Position numbers and translations under genes: made by a program
The notes under the pieces: generated by a model
Databases searched by the model: none
What the model was told of the DNA's origin: nothing
What the model saw: the letters and a program-made list of their open reading frames with translations, nothing else
In this document: piece by piece, positions 27,477-36,670 of the stretch
How positions within the stretch are numbered: the stretch's first letter is position 1
Layout: the number at the start of each line of letters is the position of its first letter
Source: Kiritimatiellia bacterium
Lineage (GTDB): Bacteria; Verrucomicrobiota; Kiritimatiellia; RFP12; UBA1067
Direction: 5' to 3'
DNA: 64,000 nucleotides
Assembly: GCA_024694365.1 (NCBI GenBank)
Contig: JAILJX010000040.1
Location: 10,182 to 74,181, forward strand

Positions 27477-28787
27477 ATGAAGATACTTGTTGCAGGCGGC
27501 GGCGGACGCGAACACGCGATTGCATGGAGGCTCTCCCGCGACGAAGTCAAGCACGAGATCTTCTGCGCACCCGGGAACGCAGGCACGGCCGCCATCGCGA
27601 CCAACCTCCCCATCGGCGCCGAGGATGTGGACGCCATCGCAGACTGGGCGAGGGAGAACAATCCCGATCTCGTCGTCGTCGGACCCGAGGCCCCGCTCGT
27701 CAAGGGGCTCGTCGACAGGCTCCTCTCCCTCGGCATCCCCGCTTTCGGACCCGTCGCCGCGGGCGCGAGGATGGAGGGCTCCAAGCGCTTCGCCAAGGAG
27801 ATAATGGATGCCGCAAACGTCCCCACCGGCAAGGCGGAGACTTTCACCGATCCCGCCAAGGCCAAGGCCGCGCTCCCGGGATACGGGCTCCCCGTCGTCA
27901 TCAAGGCGGACGGACTCGCAGCCGGGAAGGGGGTCGTCGTCGCCGAGACTCTCGAGCAGGCCGAAAGCGCCATCGACGACATGCTCGTCTCCGGCAAGTT
28001 CGGCATCGCCGGCGCCGAGGTCCTCATCGAGGAGTTCCTCCACGGCGAGGAGTGCTCCATTCTCGCCATGACCGACGGCGAGAGGGCCGTGCTTCTGCCC
28101 AGCTCCCAGGACCACAAGCGGATCTTCGACGGCGACAGGGGACCCAACACAGGCGGCATGGGCGCCTATTCCCCCGCGCCTGTCGTCACGGAGGACAAGC
28201 TTCCCCTCATCAAGGAGAAGATAATCCTCCCCGTCATCAGGGAGCTCAAAAAGCGCGGCATCGTCTACCGCGGCATCCTCTACGCGGGGCTCATGGTCAA
28301 CGACGGGAATTCCAATCCTTCCGGACCCCTCGCCAAGAGCGGTTCTGCCGTCAATGTCGTCGAGTTCAACGCACGCTTCGGCGACCCCGAGACGGAGGCC
28401 GTCCTCCCGAGGCTCGGCGGAGACTTCGCGACGGCCCTGCTCCATGCAGCGACAGGCTGCCTCGAGGAGTCGGACATCGTCGTCAAGCCCGAGGCCGCGG
28501 CGACTGTCATCGTCGCTTCAGGCGGTTATCCGGGCGCATATGCGAAGGGCAAGGAGATCTCAGGCCTGGAGGACGCCGAGGCGTCCGGCGCGATCGTCTT
28601 CCACTGCGGTACCAAGGATGCGGACGGCAAGACCGTCACTTCGGGCGGCAGGGTGCTCAGCGTAACAGGCCTCGGCTCCACTCTGCGCGAAGCCGTGGAC
28701 CGCGCCTACGGCGCAGTCTCGAAGATCTCCTTCGACGGCATGTACTGCCGCAAGGACATCGCACACCGCGCTTTCGAAAGATCGTGA
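27477..28787 (+). CDS. purD: Phosphoribosylamine-glycine ligase
   Basis: GGGGREHA, KADGLAAGKGV, QDHKR, GPNTGGMGAY and EFNARFGDPE motifs. Confidence 0.98.
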   Translation: MKILVAGGGGREHAIAWRLSRDEVKHEIFCAPGNAGTAAIATNLPIGAEDVDAIADWARENNPDLVVVGPEAPLVKGLVDRLLSLGIPAFGPVAAGARMEGSKRFAKEIMDAANVPTGKAETFTDPAKAKAALPGYGLPVVIKADGLAAGKGVVVAETLEQAESAIDDMLVSGKFGIAGAEVLIEEFLHGEECSILAMTDGERAVLLPSSQDHKRIFDGDRGPNTGGMGAYSPAPVVTEDKLPLIKEKIILPVIRELKKRGIVYRGILYAGLMVNDGNSNPSGPLAKSGSAVNVVEFNARFGDPETEAVLPRLGGDFATALLHAATGCLEESDIVVKPEAAATVIVASGGYPGAYAKGKEISGLEDAEASGAIVFHCGTKDADGKTVTSGGRVLSVTGLGSTLREAVDRAYGAVSKISFDGMYCRKDIAHRAFERS

Positions 28788-29548
28788 GACTCGTCTCCCT
28801 GGCCTCCAGCAGCGCGGGCAACGCCTATTGCGTCGAATCCGGCGGAAGGGTGCTGCTGATAGATTGCGGACTCTCCTGGAGCGACTTCAAGTCGCGCTAC
28901 GGGTCCGCCGGATTCTCCCTCGACGCTCTCGAGGGCGTGCTGCTCACCCACAACCACATCGACCACGTCCGCGGCCTGGCGACGCTCCACCGCAAGCTGC
29001 CCGAGGTGCCTCTTTTCGCCAATCTCATGACATCCGAGGCGACCGCCTCGGTGCTGAAGATGGATGAGGCGGACTTCTTCGCGTTCGAGAACGGACAGTC
29101 CTTCACTGCGGGGCCTTTCACGGTTTCGCCGTTTTCGATCCCCCACGACGTGCCCGATCCGGTCGGCTACATGGTCGAGGCGGAGGGGCTCAAGTATTTC
29201 CATGCGACGGACGTCGGCATGCCGCTCGATTCGATAGGCGTCCATCTCGCCGATGCGGACTGCGCAACGCTCGAGTCCAACCACGACCCGGTGATGGTGA
29301 TGGAAAGCGCCCGCCCGCCGCTGCTCAAGCGCAGGATTCTCGGTCCGCGGGGGCATCTCTCCAACGCCGACGCTGCGGACCTCGTCGCACGCTTCGCCTC
29401 GCCGCGCCTGAAGGAGCTGCGCCTTGCGCATCTCTCGGCGGAATGCAACGCGCCGGCGATCGCCGAGAGGGAGATGCGCGAAGCCCTCGCCTCCATCTCC
29501 CGCCCCGACGTCATCCTTCGCATCCTCCCTCCGGACTCCATCCTCTAG
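28784..29548 (+). CDS. MBL-fold metallohydrolase (YycJ/WalJ-like)
   Basis: GTGA overlap with purD; ASSSAGN, THNHIDH, PHD, LESNHD, GHLSN and AHLS..CN motifs. Confidence 0.88.
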   Translation: MRLVSLASSSAGNAYCVESGGRVLLIDCGLSWSDFKSRYGSAGFSLDALEGVLLTHNHIDHVRGLATLHRKLPEVPLFANLMTSEATASVLKMDEADFFAFENGQSFTAGPFTVSPFSIPHDVPDPVGYMVEAEGLKYFHATDVGMPLDSIGVHLADADCATLESNHDPVMVMESARPPLLKRRILGPRGHLSNADAADLVARFASPRLKELRLAHLSAECNAPAIAEREMREALASISRPDVILRILPPDSIL

Positions 29549-29580
29549 CTCCGCGTCCAAGCCTGCTCCGCACGTTTCCG

Positions 29581-29596
29581 CCGTTTATTTTGCCGC
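29581..29596 (+). repeat. Target-site duplication, left copy
   Basis: CCGTTTATTTTGCCGC; 15/16 identical to the right copy. Confidence 0.85.
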
Positions 29597-30392
29597 TGTT
29601 GGCGGGTGAGCAAAATGAGACACAACGAGCGGGCAAAATGAGACAGGCTGCAATTTCATAAAAGCCGCGTCATCATTGGTCGAAATCGGAAATTGTGTCT
29701 CATTTTGGTCGCCCACCGCCTTTTGAGGCGCAGCGGCTGCATATTTGTGCTGTTCCTGGCTGCTTCATTGTGGCATACTCTGTGTCACGATGAACAAGCA
29801 CCAAATGCAAAAGCGAGTTAGCCCCGAAGCGATCGCCCGCGTGCTTCGGGAATGGAACGACGACGGCATCACAACGAAGATGGCGATGGAGGCGCTGGAG
29901 ATATCCAGGCCGCAGCTCTAACGCCTTCGGACTGCGAGGCTGTCGCGAGGGAAGAAGAAGTCGATCAAGCTCGGAGTGTCCGGCTGAGACCATGCGGAGG
30001 CCTGGCCGGAGGAATGCGTCAGCCATCTGGAGAGGATGCTCGAGTCCTCTGGCGAGCACGGACCGGACTATGCGCTGTATGCCGACGGGCTCGACAGGCT
30101 GTATGGCTTCAGGCGCGACCGCTCGAATGTCCGCAAGTGCTGCGAGACCCACATGGGCAAGCTTCTGCGAAAGCTGTTCCCGCTGGAACGCAAGCAGGAG
30201 ACTAATGAACGAAGATGGCAGAAGGGTCTGTTTGGCGAGCTTGTTCCAGCATGCCTCGACGCCGTTGCGTTGTGAACACCGCCGTCAATCAGGTTGTGAA
30301 CGGCCGAAGGCTGTTTGCAACTCGTCTTGACAATAAATATGACTGTATCATTTTGCCCGCCCAAGAATTCTCATTTTGCTCACCGCCCAACA
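29597..30392 (+). mobile_element. Decayed, internally deleted insertion sequence (IS1202/IS481-like, TGT...ACA ends), 796 bp
   Basis: Left end TGTTGGCGGGTGAGCAAAATGAGA...GCGGGCAAAATGAGACAG matches the reverse complement of the right end (TGTTGGGCGGTGAGCAAAATGAGA...GCGGGCAAAATGATACAG). Flanked by a 16-bp direct repeat. Confidence 0.88.
29790..30275 (+). pseudogene. Transposase N-terminal fragment
   Basis: One frame from ATG 29790 with in-frame stops at 29919 and 29985. HTH-like AMEALEISRPQL; ends at a frameshifted GEL.QH.STP motif, where the first DDE aspartate would lie. Confidence 0.7.
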
Positions 30393-30408
30393 CCGTTTAT
30401 CTTGCCGC
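30393..30408 (+). repeat. Target-site duplication, right copy
   Basis: CCGTTTATCTTGCCGC immediately after the terminal ACA. Confidence 0.85.
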
Positions 30409-30437
30409 TTGCGTCCGCCAGGCAAATAAGGTATAAT
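30409..30437 (+). promoter_or_regulatory. Promoter of the hydrogenase operon
   Basis: TTGCGT-17 bp-TATAAT, beginning directly after the right target duplication. Confidence 0.65.
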
Positions 30438-30478
30438 ATTATCCATTCGGCCGTGGAACCGCACGGCTTAAGCCAACC

Positions 30479-30742
30479 ATGGAAAAGAAGCCCAAAATAA
30501 CCATATGCATGGGGAGTTCGTGCTTTGCGCGCGGCAATGAACGAAATCTTGCATTCGTGGAGGAGTTCCTCGAAAAACGCGGACTCAAGGATGAAGTTGA
30601 CGTTGAGCTCGACGGGAGCCTATGCACAGGAAACTGTGCGAGCGGCCCGGTGGTGATAGTCGACGGAAAGGTCCATACGCGCGTAGATCGCGGACTTATG
30701 GGGGATGTCCTGGAGTCGCTCTTTCCGGAGAACGCCAAATGA
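30479..30742 (+). CDS. Thioredoxin-like [2Fe-2S] ferredoxin (HfsA/NuoE-like)
   Basis: CMGSSC...CTGNC..GP motif. Confidence 0.88.
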   Translation: MEKKPKITICMGSSCFARGNERNLAFVEEFLEKRGLKDEVDVELDGSLCTGNCASGPVVIVDGKVHTRVDRGLMGDVLESLFPENAK

Positions 30743-32469
30743 CAAGTCCCGTTTACACTGTCGAAAACAAGTGCCAGGATTGCTACAAATGCGTGAGGCA
30801 CTGTCCGGTGAAGGCGATCCGGATCGTAAACGGCAACGCGAGCGTGATACCAGAGTCGTGTGTGAGCTGCGGGGAATGCGTGAGGGTCTGTCCTGTGCAT
30901 GCAAAGCGCATACGGAGCGATCTTGCGAGGCTTAGGGAGCTTCTCTCGGGTCCGTGCAAAGTTTACGCCTCTGTCGCGCCGAGTTTTGCCGCCTATTTCC
31001 GGGGCGTGACGATGGAGACGCTCGCCGGGGCGCTCATCGAGGCGGGTTTTGCGGGAGTTTCCGAGACGGCGCACGGTGCGCAATCGGTAAGCGCGCAGGT
31101 TTCCGGTCTTTTTGCCGCACGTCCTCGCACCTCGGTCATGATATCGAGCGCCTGCCCGGCGTGCGTCGATTTCATAAGAATGTACATGCCGGAGTGGTCG
31201 GCCTTTGTCTCTCCGGTGCCGTCGCCGGTGCGCGCACATGTTAGAATGCTCAAGGAGCGCCACGGGAATGACGCAAAGGTGGTGTTTTTCGGCCCGTGCG
31301 CCGCGAAGAAAAACGAGTCCGACCGCAATCCCGAAGAGCTTTCATTGGCGCTTACGTTTCCTTCTCTGGAGCAGTTTCTGGAAGAGCGCGGCATTTCGCC
31401 GGCCGCCGCGAAAGAGGGTCCACTGGATCTCGGTCCTGCCGAAGAGGGCAGGTTTTATTCGGTCGAGGGCGGAATGAACGACACACTGAGGGACGGATCC
31501 GACCGCATACGCTACATTTCCGTCTCCGGTCTCGACGGATTGAGACGGCTTTTGTCCATGCCTCCCCCTCCCCCCGAGACGGATGCCAGATCTATTTTCA
31601 TAGAATGTCTTGCATGTCCTGGCGGATGTGTCAACGGGCCTGCGATGAAGGGCGGCTGCACTTTGGCCGCATTGCGCGCAACGGATGCGACAGCTCCGAT
31701 CCGGGCATCCAAGGCCGAACGCGATTATGGAGGGGCTGAGTATCCGGCCGCTTCAGTCAGGCCAGTCGAGCACACCGAGGAGGAGATATCGGACGCTCTC
31801 GCCAGAGTGGGCAAGATGTCCAAGGCCGACGAGGTCAACTGCGGAGCGTGCGGATACGAGTCGTGCCGGGCCTTTGCCGTCGCCATGCTTGACGGCAAGG
31901 CGGAGGAAGACATGTGCCACACATACCTCAAGCGCAACTTTCAGCGCACTTCGAACGCTCTGATAAAATACATTCCGGCAGGCGTGGTTCTCGTAGGCAA
32001 GGGCGGAGGCATACTCGAATGCAATCGCCATTTCGCCGATCTCGCCGGCGTGGGCGACGTTTACGGAACGCTGGGCTCGCTTGACGGGATGGGCATAGCG
32101 GACGTCCTGCCCGAGTTCTCGGAGCTTTTCGCCGGCGCCCTTGAACATGGCAGCGAGATAGAGAAGTTCCGCCAGCCGCTGAAGGACAGGCTCGTGAACA
32201 TCAGCGTCTTCTCCATCTCAAAGGGCGAGTCGGCCGGAGCTGTCGTGCAGGACGTGACAAGCAATGAACTCCGGCGGGAACAGGTGGCGGCAAAGGCCCG
32301 CGAGGTCATACAGAAGAACGTTCAAACCGTGCAGCAGGTGGCCCGGCTCTTCGGCGAACATATCGCCGAAACCGAGATAATGCTCAACGAAATCGCCGGG
32401 ACGTACGAGTCCAGAACGGTGGGCGTTTCGCTCAACGGAGGGGACAGCGACGAATATTTGAATGGCTGA
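30739..32469 (+). CDS. Putative sensory [FeFe]-hydrogenase with PAS domain (group C, HfsB/HydS-like)
   Basis: N-terminal 2x[4Fe-4S]; altered H-cluster motifs SSACP, GPCAAKKNE and ECLACPGGC; NCGACGY..C Fe-S domain; C-terminal PAS-like region. Confidence 0.9.
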   Translation: MTSPVYTVENKCQDCYKCVRHCPVKAIRIVNGNASVIPESCVSCGECVRVCPVHAKRIRSDLARLRELLSGPCKVYASVAPSFAAYFRGVTMETLAGALIEAGFAGVSETAHGAQSVSAQVSGLFAARPRTSVMISSACPACVDFIRMYMPEWSAFVSPVPSPVRAHVRMLKERHGNDAKVVFFGPCAAKKNESDRNPEELSLALTFPSLEQFLEERGISPAAAKEGPLDLGPAEEGRFYSVEGGMNDTLRDGSDRIRYISVSGLDGLRRLLSMPPPPPETDARSIFIECLACPGGCVNGPAMKGGCTLAALRATDATAPIRASKAERDYGGAEYPAASVRPVEHTEEEISDALARVGKMSKADEVNCGACGYESCRAFAVAMLDGKAEEDMCHTYLKRNFQRTSNALIKYIPAGVVLVGKGGGILECNRHFADLAGVGDVYGTLGSLDGMGIADVLPEFSELFAGALEHGSEIEKFRQPLKDRLVNISVFSISKGESAGAVVQDVTSNELRREQVAAKAREVIQKNVQTVQQVARLFGEHIAETEIMLNEIAGTYESRTVGVSLNGGDSDEYLNG

Positions 32470-33649
32470 CGACATCTACATAGAGATGGAGTGCGCGCAG
32501 TTCACGAAGACGGGGCAGGCCGCCTGTGGGGATGATGTGCGCTTTCTCAACGTCGAGCGCGAGAACCGCTACATAGCGGCACTGTCGGACGGACTCGGCA
32601 GCGGCGTCAAGGCGCATGTGCTTTCGAACATGACTACGACGATGGCGTTGAGGTTTCTCCAGTCCAACATGCCGACATTGGAATCGGTCGAGATAATGAT
32701 GGACTCCCTGCCTGTCTGCGAAGTGCGGAAAATCAGCTACGCCACGTTCTCGCTGTTCGATTTTTCGCTCGGCGGCCGTGCCAAGATTTTGGAGATGGGC
32801 AACCCCGGATATATCCATCTGAGAGGGGTGGAGGAGATTGCGCCAGTTGCGGAACGGCATGTCGTAAGCGTTCACTGGCCCGACCGCACGGTGCGGGAGT
32901 GCGAGGCGGATTTCCGTCCCGGGGACAGGATTGTCATGTGCTCGGACGGCGTGACCCAAGCCGGGCTTGGAGAGAGCCGGGAATTGAAATTCGGATTGAG
33001 ACGCAGCGGCGTTCTAAGGCTCGCGCGCGAAAGGATATCCGCCGAGCCGGGGATGTCGGCGAGGGACCTTTCCAACTATATCGCCCGCGCATCCATCAAC
33101 ATTACGCGCGGAATCTGCCGCGACGACGTATCTTGCGTCGTCATATACGTAAGGCATCCGCGCGTTATGAGAGTGCTTACGGGCCCGCCGTTCCATACGG
33201 AGAATGACGGGGAATTCGCCCGCCAGGCCGGCCTTGGCGAGGAGCATGTAGTCGTATGCGGAGGCACGACAGCCAACATACTCGAGCGGGAGCTTGGGGC
33301 GAAAGTCAAGATTTCGCTTTCCGACATGCGTTCGGCGGGATCGTTGCCTCCGGCCGGCAGGATGCCGGGGGTCGCGCTTGCGACAGAGGGGATACTTACC
33401 CTCGGACGGGTCCTCTCCGCACTCGAGGAGCATCGCCCGCCGGATGGAGAGCCTGCGGCGGCGAAGGAGATTCTGAAGCGCTTTGCCGCCCACGACAGGA
33501 TTGAATTTGTCGTAGGCACCAAGGTGAACGAATGCCACCAGGATCCGAACATACCTCAGGAGCTCGAACTCAGACGGAGCGTCGTGCGACGTCTTGCGGG
33601 AGTCCTGGAGCGAGAATACCGGAAAACTGTGAAATTGAATTTCTACTGA
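32462..33649 (+). CDS. SpoIIE/PP2C-family Ser/Thr phosphatase (HfsC-like)
   Basis: CGDD, LSDGLGSGVKA, SYATF, SDGVTQ and DDVSC motifs. Confidence 0.9.
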   Translation: MADDIYIEMECAQFTKTGQAACGDDVRFLNVERENRYIAALSDGLGSGVKAHVLSNMTTTMALRFLQSNMPTLESVEIMMDSLPVCEVRKISYATFSLFDFSLGGRAKILEMGNPGYIHLRGVEEIAPVAERHVVSVHWPDRTVRECEADFRPGDRIVMCSDGVTQAGLGESRELKFGLRRSGVLRLARERISAEPGMSARDLSNYIARASINITRGICRDDVSCVVIYVRHPRVMRVLTGPPFHTENDGEFARQAGLGEEHVVVCGGTTANILERELGAKVKISLSDMRSAGSLPPAGRMPGVALATEGILTLGRVLSALEEHRPPDGEPAAAKEILKRFAAHDRIEFVVGTKVNECHQDPNIPQELELRRSVVRRLAGVLEREYRKTVKLNFY

Positions 33650-33665
33650 CATATCAAGGAGAGAC

Positions 33666-33944
33666 ATGGAGAACGAAGACAAGGTGAAAGTCGAAATCTG
33701 CTGCGGCACGGCGTGCTATCTGCTGGGCGCGATGCGGCTTATGGATTTGACGGAAAATCTCCCGAAGGATCTTGTGGGGCTTGTCGAATTCGAGGCAAAG
33801 GCCTGCCTTGGCAAGTGCGAGCGCGACGAAATCGGTTGTGCCCCGTATGTCAGGTTCAACGGGACCGAGTGGATGGGGAATGCGACGCCGGAGCGTGTCG
33901 TCGAGCGCATCCGCGAACTTGCCGGAAGGAGGGAGGAGATATGA
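33666..33944 (+). CDS. Thioredoxin-like [2Fe-2S] ferredoxin
   Basis: CCGTAC...CLGKC...APYV motif. Confidence 0.85.
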   Translation: MENEDKVKVEICCGTACYLLGAMRLMDLTENLPKDLVGLVEFEAKACLGKCERDEIGCAPYVRFNGTEWMGNATPERVVERIRELAGRREEI

Positions 33945-35353
33945 ATCAGGCAGCGCAGTACATACGCCGTGAACTCGCAATCCGTCTTGTGAGGGCGTTC
34001 GACGCCGGTACCCTTCGCGAAGAGATCGACGGCATACCCGTGAAGCTCCGTCCGAAGGACAAGGCAAGTTCGCGATGCTGCGTGTATCACGACCGCGCAG
34101 TCCTCAAGTACCGCCTCATGGCGCTTCTCGGGTATTCCATAGAGGACGAGACCGACGAGGCCAAGACGCTTGCGTCATATCTTGACGATGTCGTCAGCGA
34201 AGTATCGGAGGGGCGCGACCCCTATGCGAAACTGGATCATAAACTTTCGCCTCTTTCGGTGTGCGGACCGGCCTGTTCAGGCTGCCCGGATGCGAAGGTC
34301 GTGGTCACCGACAACTGCCGTGGATGCTTTGCCAGACCATGCATGTACAACTGCCCGAAGAAGGCGGTCGCGGTTGTCGGGGGAAGAAGCGTGATCGACC
34401 AGGACCTCTGCATAAAGTGCGGACGCTGCGTCTCCGTCTGCCCGTACAATGCGATAGTCAAAACGACCGTTCCCTGCGAGGATGCGTGCCCCGTCGGTGC
34501 GATCAAGAAGAATGAATTCGGGATAGCCCAGATCGATTTCAACAGATGCATCTATTGCGGGAAATGCTTCGGTGCATGTCCGTTCGGAGCCGTAATGGAG
34601 AGATCGCAGCTTGTCGAGATACTTCTCGCGATGAAACGCGGCGAAAAGGTTGTCGCCATGATAGCCCCCGCTGCAGCCAGGCAGTTCCCCGGAAAGATAG
34701 AGCAGCTTCTGACCGCTTGCGTGAAGGCGGGCTTCTCGGGCGTCATGGAGGTCGCGCTTGGCGCGGAACTCACCACCAGGCACGAGACCATGGAGTTCAT
34801 CGAGAGGATGGAGAAGGATCCCAAGACGATAATGGCCACGAGCTGCTGTCCGGCCTGGGTCAATCTCGCCGCGAAGCACATCCCCGAGTCGATCGACAAA
34901 ATATCCTCGACGCCGAGCCCCATGGTTTTCGCCCGTGAACTCGTCAAGGACAAAGATCCCGGCGCGCTCACGGTCTTCGTCGGGCCGTGCATCGCCAAAC
35001 GCAGCGAGGCCCGCCGCAAGGATGTGGATTTCGTGTTGAGTTTCGAGGAGCTCGGCGCAATTCTCGCCGCGCGCAATGTGGATGTCATGTCATGCGAGCC
35101 ATATCCCGTGGAGAGGCCTGCGGAGGCGTCCGCGCGCAACTATTGCCGCAGTTGCGGCGTCACCGAGGCGGTTCTCGGCGAGGCCACGTCGCACATCCCC
35201 GATTTCAAGCTCAACGCAAAGCAGATAAGCGGAATCGACAAAAAGTCGGTGAACATGATCCGTCTGCACATGCTCGGCAAGCTGCCGGCCAATTTCCTCG
35301 AGGTGATGGCCTGCGCCGGAGGCTGCGAGCACGGACCGTGCGCGTTGAAGTGA
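33941..35353 (+). CDS. Monomeric ferredoxin-type [FeFe]-hydrogenase (group B/HfsD-like)
   Basis: Several CxxCxxCxxxCP clusters; H-cluster motifs TSCCPAW, GPCIAKRSE and EVMACAGGC; GGAGG SD. Confidence 0.92.
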   Translation: MNQAAQYIRRELAIRLVRAFDAGTLREEIDGIPVKLRPKDKASSRCCVYHDRAVLKYRLMALLGYSIEDETDEAKTLASYLDDVVSEVSEGRDPYAKLDHKLSPLSVCGPACSGCPDAKVVVTDNCRGCFARPCMYNCPKKAVAVVGGRSVIDQDLCIKCGRCVSVCPYNAIVKTTVPCEDACPVGAIKKNEFGIAQIDFNRCIYCGKCFGACPFGAVMERSQLVEILLAMKRGEKVVAMIAPAAARQFPGKIEQLLTACVKAGFSGVMEVALGAELTTRHETMEFIERMEKDPKTIMATSCCPAWVNLAAKHIPESIDKISSTPSPMVFARELVKDKDPGALTVFVGPCIAKRSEARRKDVDFVLSFEELGAILAARNVDVMSCEPYPVERPAEASARNYCRSCGVTEAVLGEATSHIPDFKLNAKQISGIDKKSVNMIRLHMLGKLPANFLEVMACAGGCEHGPCALK

Positions 35354-35377
35354 TTCTTGCGCGAACGGGGCAAACAT

Positions 35378-36670
35378 ATGATGACATCGCACTTTGAAAG
35401 CGGAGGCAAGCGCATTTCGCTGTTGGGATACGGCGCGATGCGCATGCCCACAGTCGACGGCGGCCACGCAAACGCCTGGTCGAAAAATGGCTATTCCGAT
35501 ACGGGAATAGATCAGGAACTACTCGACAGACAGATAAAATATCTCCTTGAGCATGGCGTAAACTATTTCGACACGTCTCCCGCCTACTGCCGCGGCAATT
35601 CCGAGGCGTGTCTCGGTCGCGCGCTCGCGCAGAGCGGCTTCCCGCGAAGCTCGTATCTGATCGCCACCAAGCTTTCGAACTTTTCGCCGGTGCAGTTTCC
35701 TCTCGCCGAATGCAAGAAGATGTTCGAGAATTCCCTCAAGTTCCTTCAGACGGACTACATCGACAATTATCTTCTGCATTCGATCGGGAACGGCGGATTC
35801 GAAACTTTTTCGAAACGCTATCTGGAGAACGGGGCTCTTGACTGGTGTGCGGAGCTGAGGCGGGAAGGCCGCATACGCAATCTCGGCTTTTCTTTCCATG
35901 GCGATCCGAAGGCGTTTGAATGGTGCATTCAGCGTCATGGAACATACAAGTGGGATTTCTGCCAGATTCAGATGAATTATGTGGATTGGACCCATGCCAC
36001 TGCGATCAATCCCCGCAATCTCGATGCGAAATACCTTTACGAGTCCTTGACGTCGCTGAAGATTCCCGTCGTCATCATGGAGCCTCTTCTCGGCGGAAGC
36101 CTTGCCCGCTACAATGCCGCTATCGCCGGCAACTTGAAGCCCCTTGATCCTTCATCGTCTCTGGCGAGGTGGGCCTTCCGCTTCAACGGCAGTTTCCCCA
36201 ACGTGATGACGGTTCTCTCCGGCATGACGAGGATGAGCGACATAGAGGAGAATGTCGAGACGTTTTCACCGCTCAGGCCTCTGTCGCAGTCCGAATTTGC
36301 GGCGCTGGAACGTGCGGCCGACGACTACATAGCGAGCGGACCCGTACCGTGCACTGCATGCAACTATTGCATGCCATGCCCGTATGGACTCGACATACCC
36401 GCTCTTTTCAGATTCCGCAACGAAACTTTCGCCTCGGGCAAAGAGAAGACGGGGAAAGAGATTCTTGCCGAATATGAGAAGACCTTTCCGGAGCCTCTCA
36501 GACGCGCGGATCGGTGCACCGGATGCGGAAAATGCGCTTCGCACTGTCCGCAGAAAATAAAGATTCCGCAAGAACTGGCGGCTCTCGACGCGTCAATCGC
36601 CGGCATCCGCCGCGATGCTTTCAAGCAGGAAATCGACCGCCGCAACAACGAGGCTTCAAAATGGTTCTGA
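35378..36670 (+). CDS. Aldo/keto reductase with C-terminal 4Fe-4S dicluster
   Basis: LGYGAMR, YFDTSPAY, IATKL, LGFSFH and MEPLLGG; CTACNYCMPCP and CTGCGKCASHCP. Confidence 0.9.
   Translation: MMTSHFESGGKRISLLGYGAMRMPTVDGGHANAWSKNGYSDTGIDQELLDRQIKYLLEHGVNYFDTSPAYCRGNSEACLGRALAQSGFPRSSYLIATKLSNFSPVQFPLAECKKMFENSLKFLQTDYIDNYLLHSIGNGGFETFSKRYLENGALDWCAELRREGRIRNLGFSFHGDPKAFEWCIQRHGTYKWDFCQIQMNYVDWTHATAINPRNLDAKYLYESLTSLKIPVVIMEPLLGGSLARYNAAIAGNLKPLDPSSSLARWAFRFNGSFPNVMTVLSGMTRMSDIEENVETFSPLRPLSQSEFAALERAADDYIASGPVPCTACNYCMPCPYGLDIPALFRFRNETFASGKEKTGKEILAEYEKTFPEPLRRADRCTGCGKCASHCPQKIKIPQELAALDASIAGIRRDAFKQEIDRRNNEASKWF

Noticed and set aside
29597-29720. Short repeated GCAAAATGAGAC units as a possible CRISPR array or iterons
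   Set aside because: There are only two direct copies with a ~9-bp gap, mirrored at 30340-30392. They are explained as IS terminal binding sites, and no cas or rep gene is present.
29919-29987. In-frame TAA/TGA as programmed readthrough or selenocysteine
   Set aside because: Two different stops plus a frameshift and a deletion indicate transposase decay.
30269-30301. TTGTGAAC twice upstream of the hydrogenase operon as a Rex operator
   Set aside because: The copies are direct rather than the palindromic TTGTGAA-N4-TTCACAA, and they lie inside the IS relic.
30327-30351. Outward-facing IS promoter TTGACA...TATCAT
   Set aside because: The spacer is only 13 bp.
5448-36660. N-terminal extensions in the ORF track (5448, 18046, 27524, 30622, 33713, 36514) suggesting fusion proteins
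   Set aside because: The extensions are Arg/Pro-rich out-of-frame read-ins of the upstream gene; better starts exist at stop/start overlaps.
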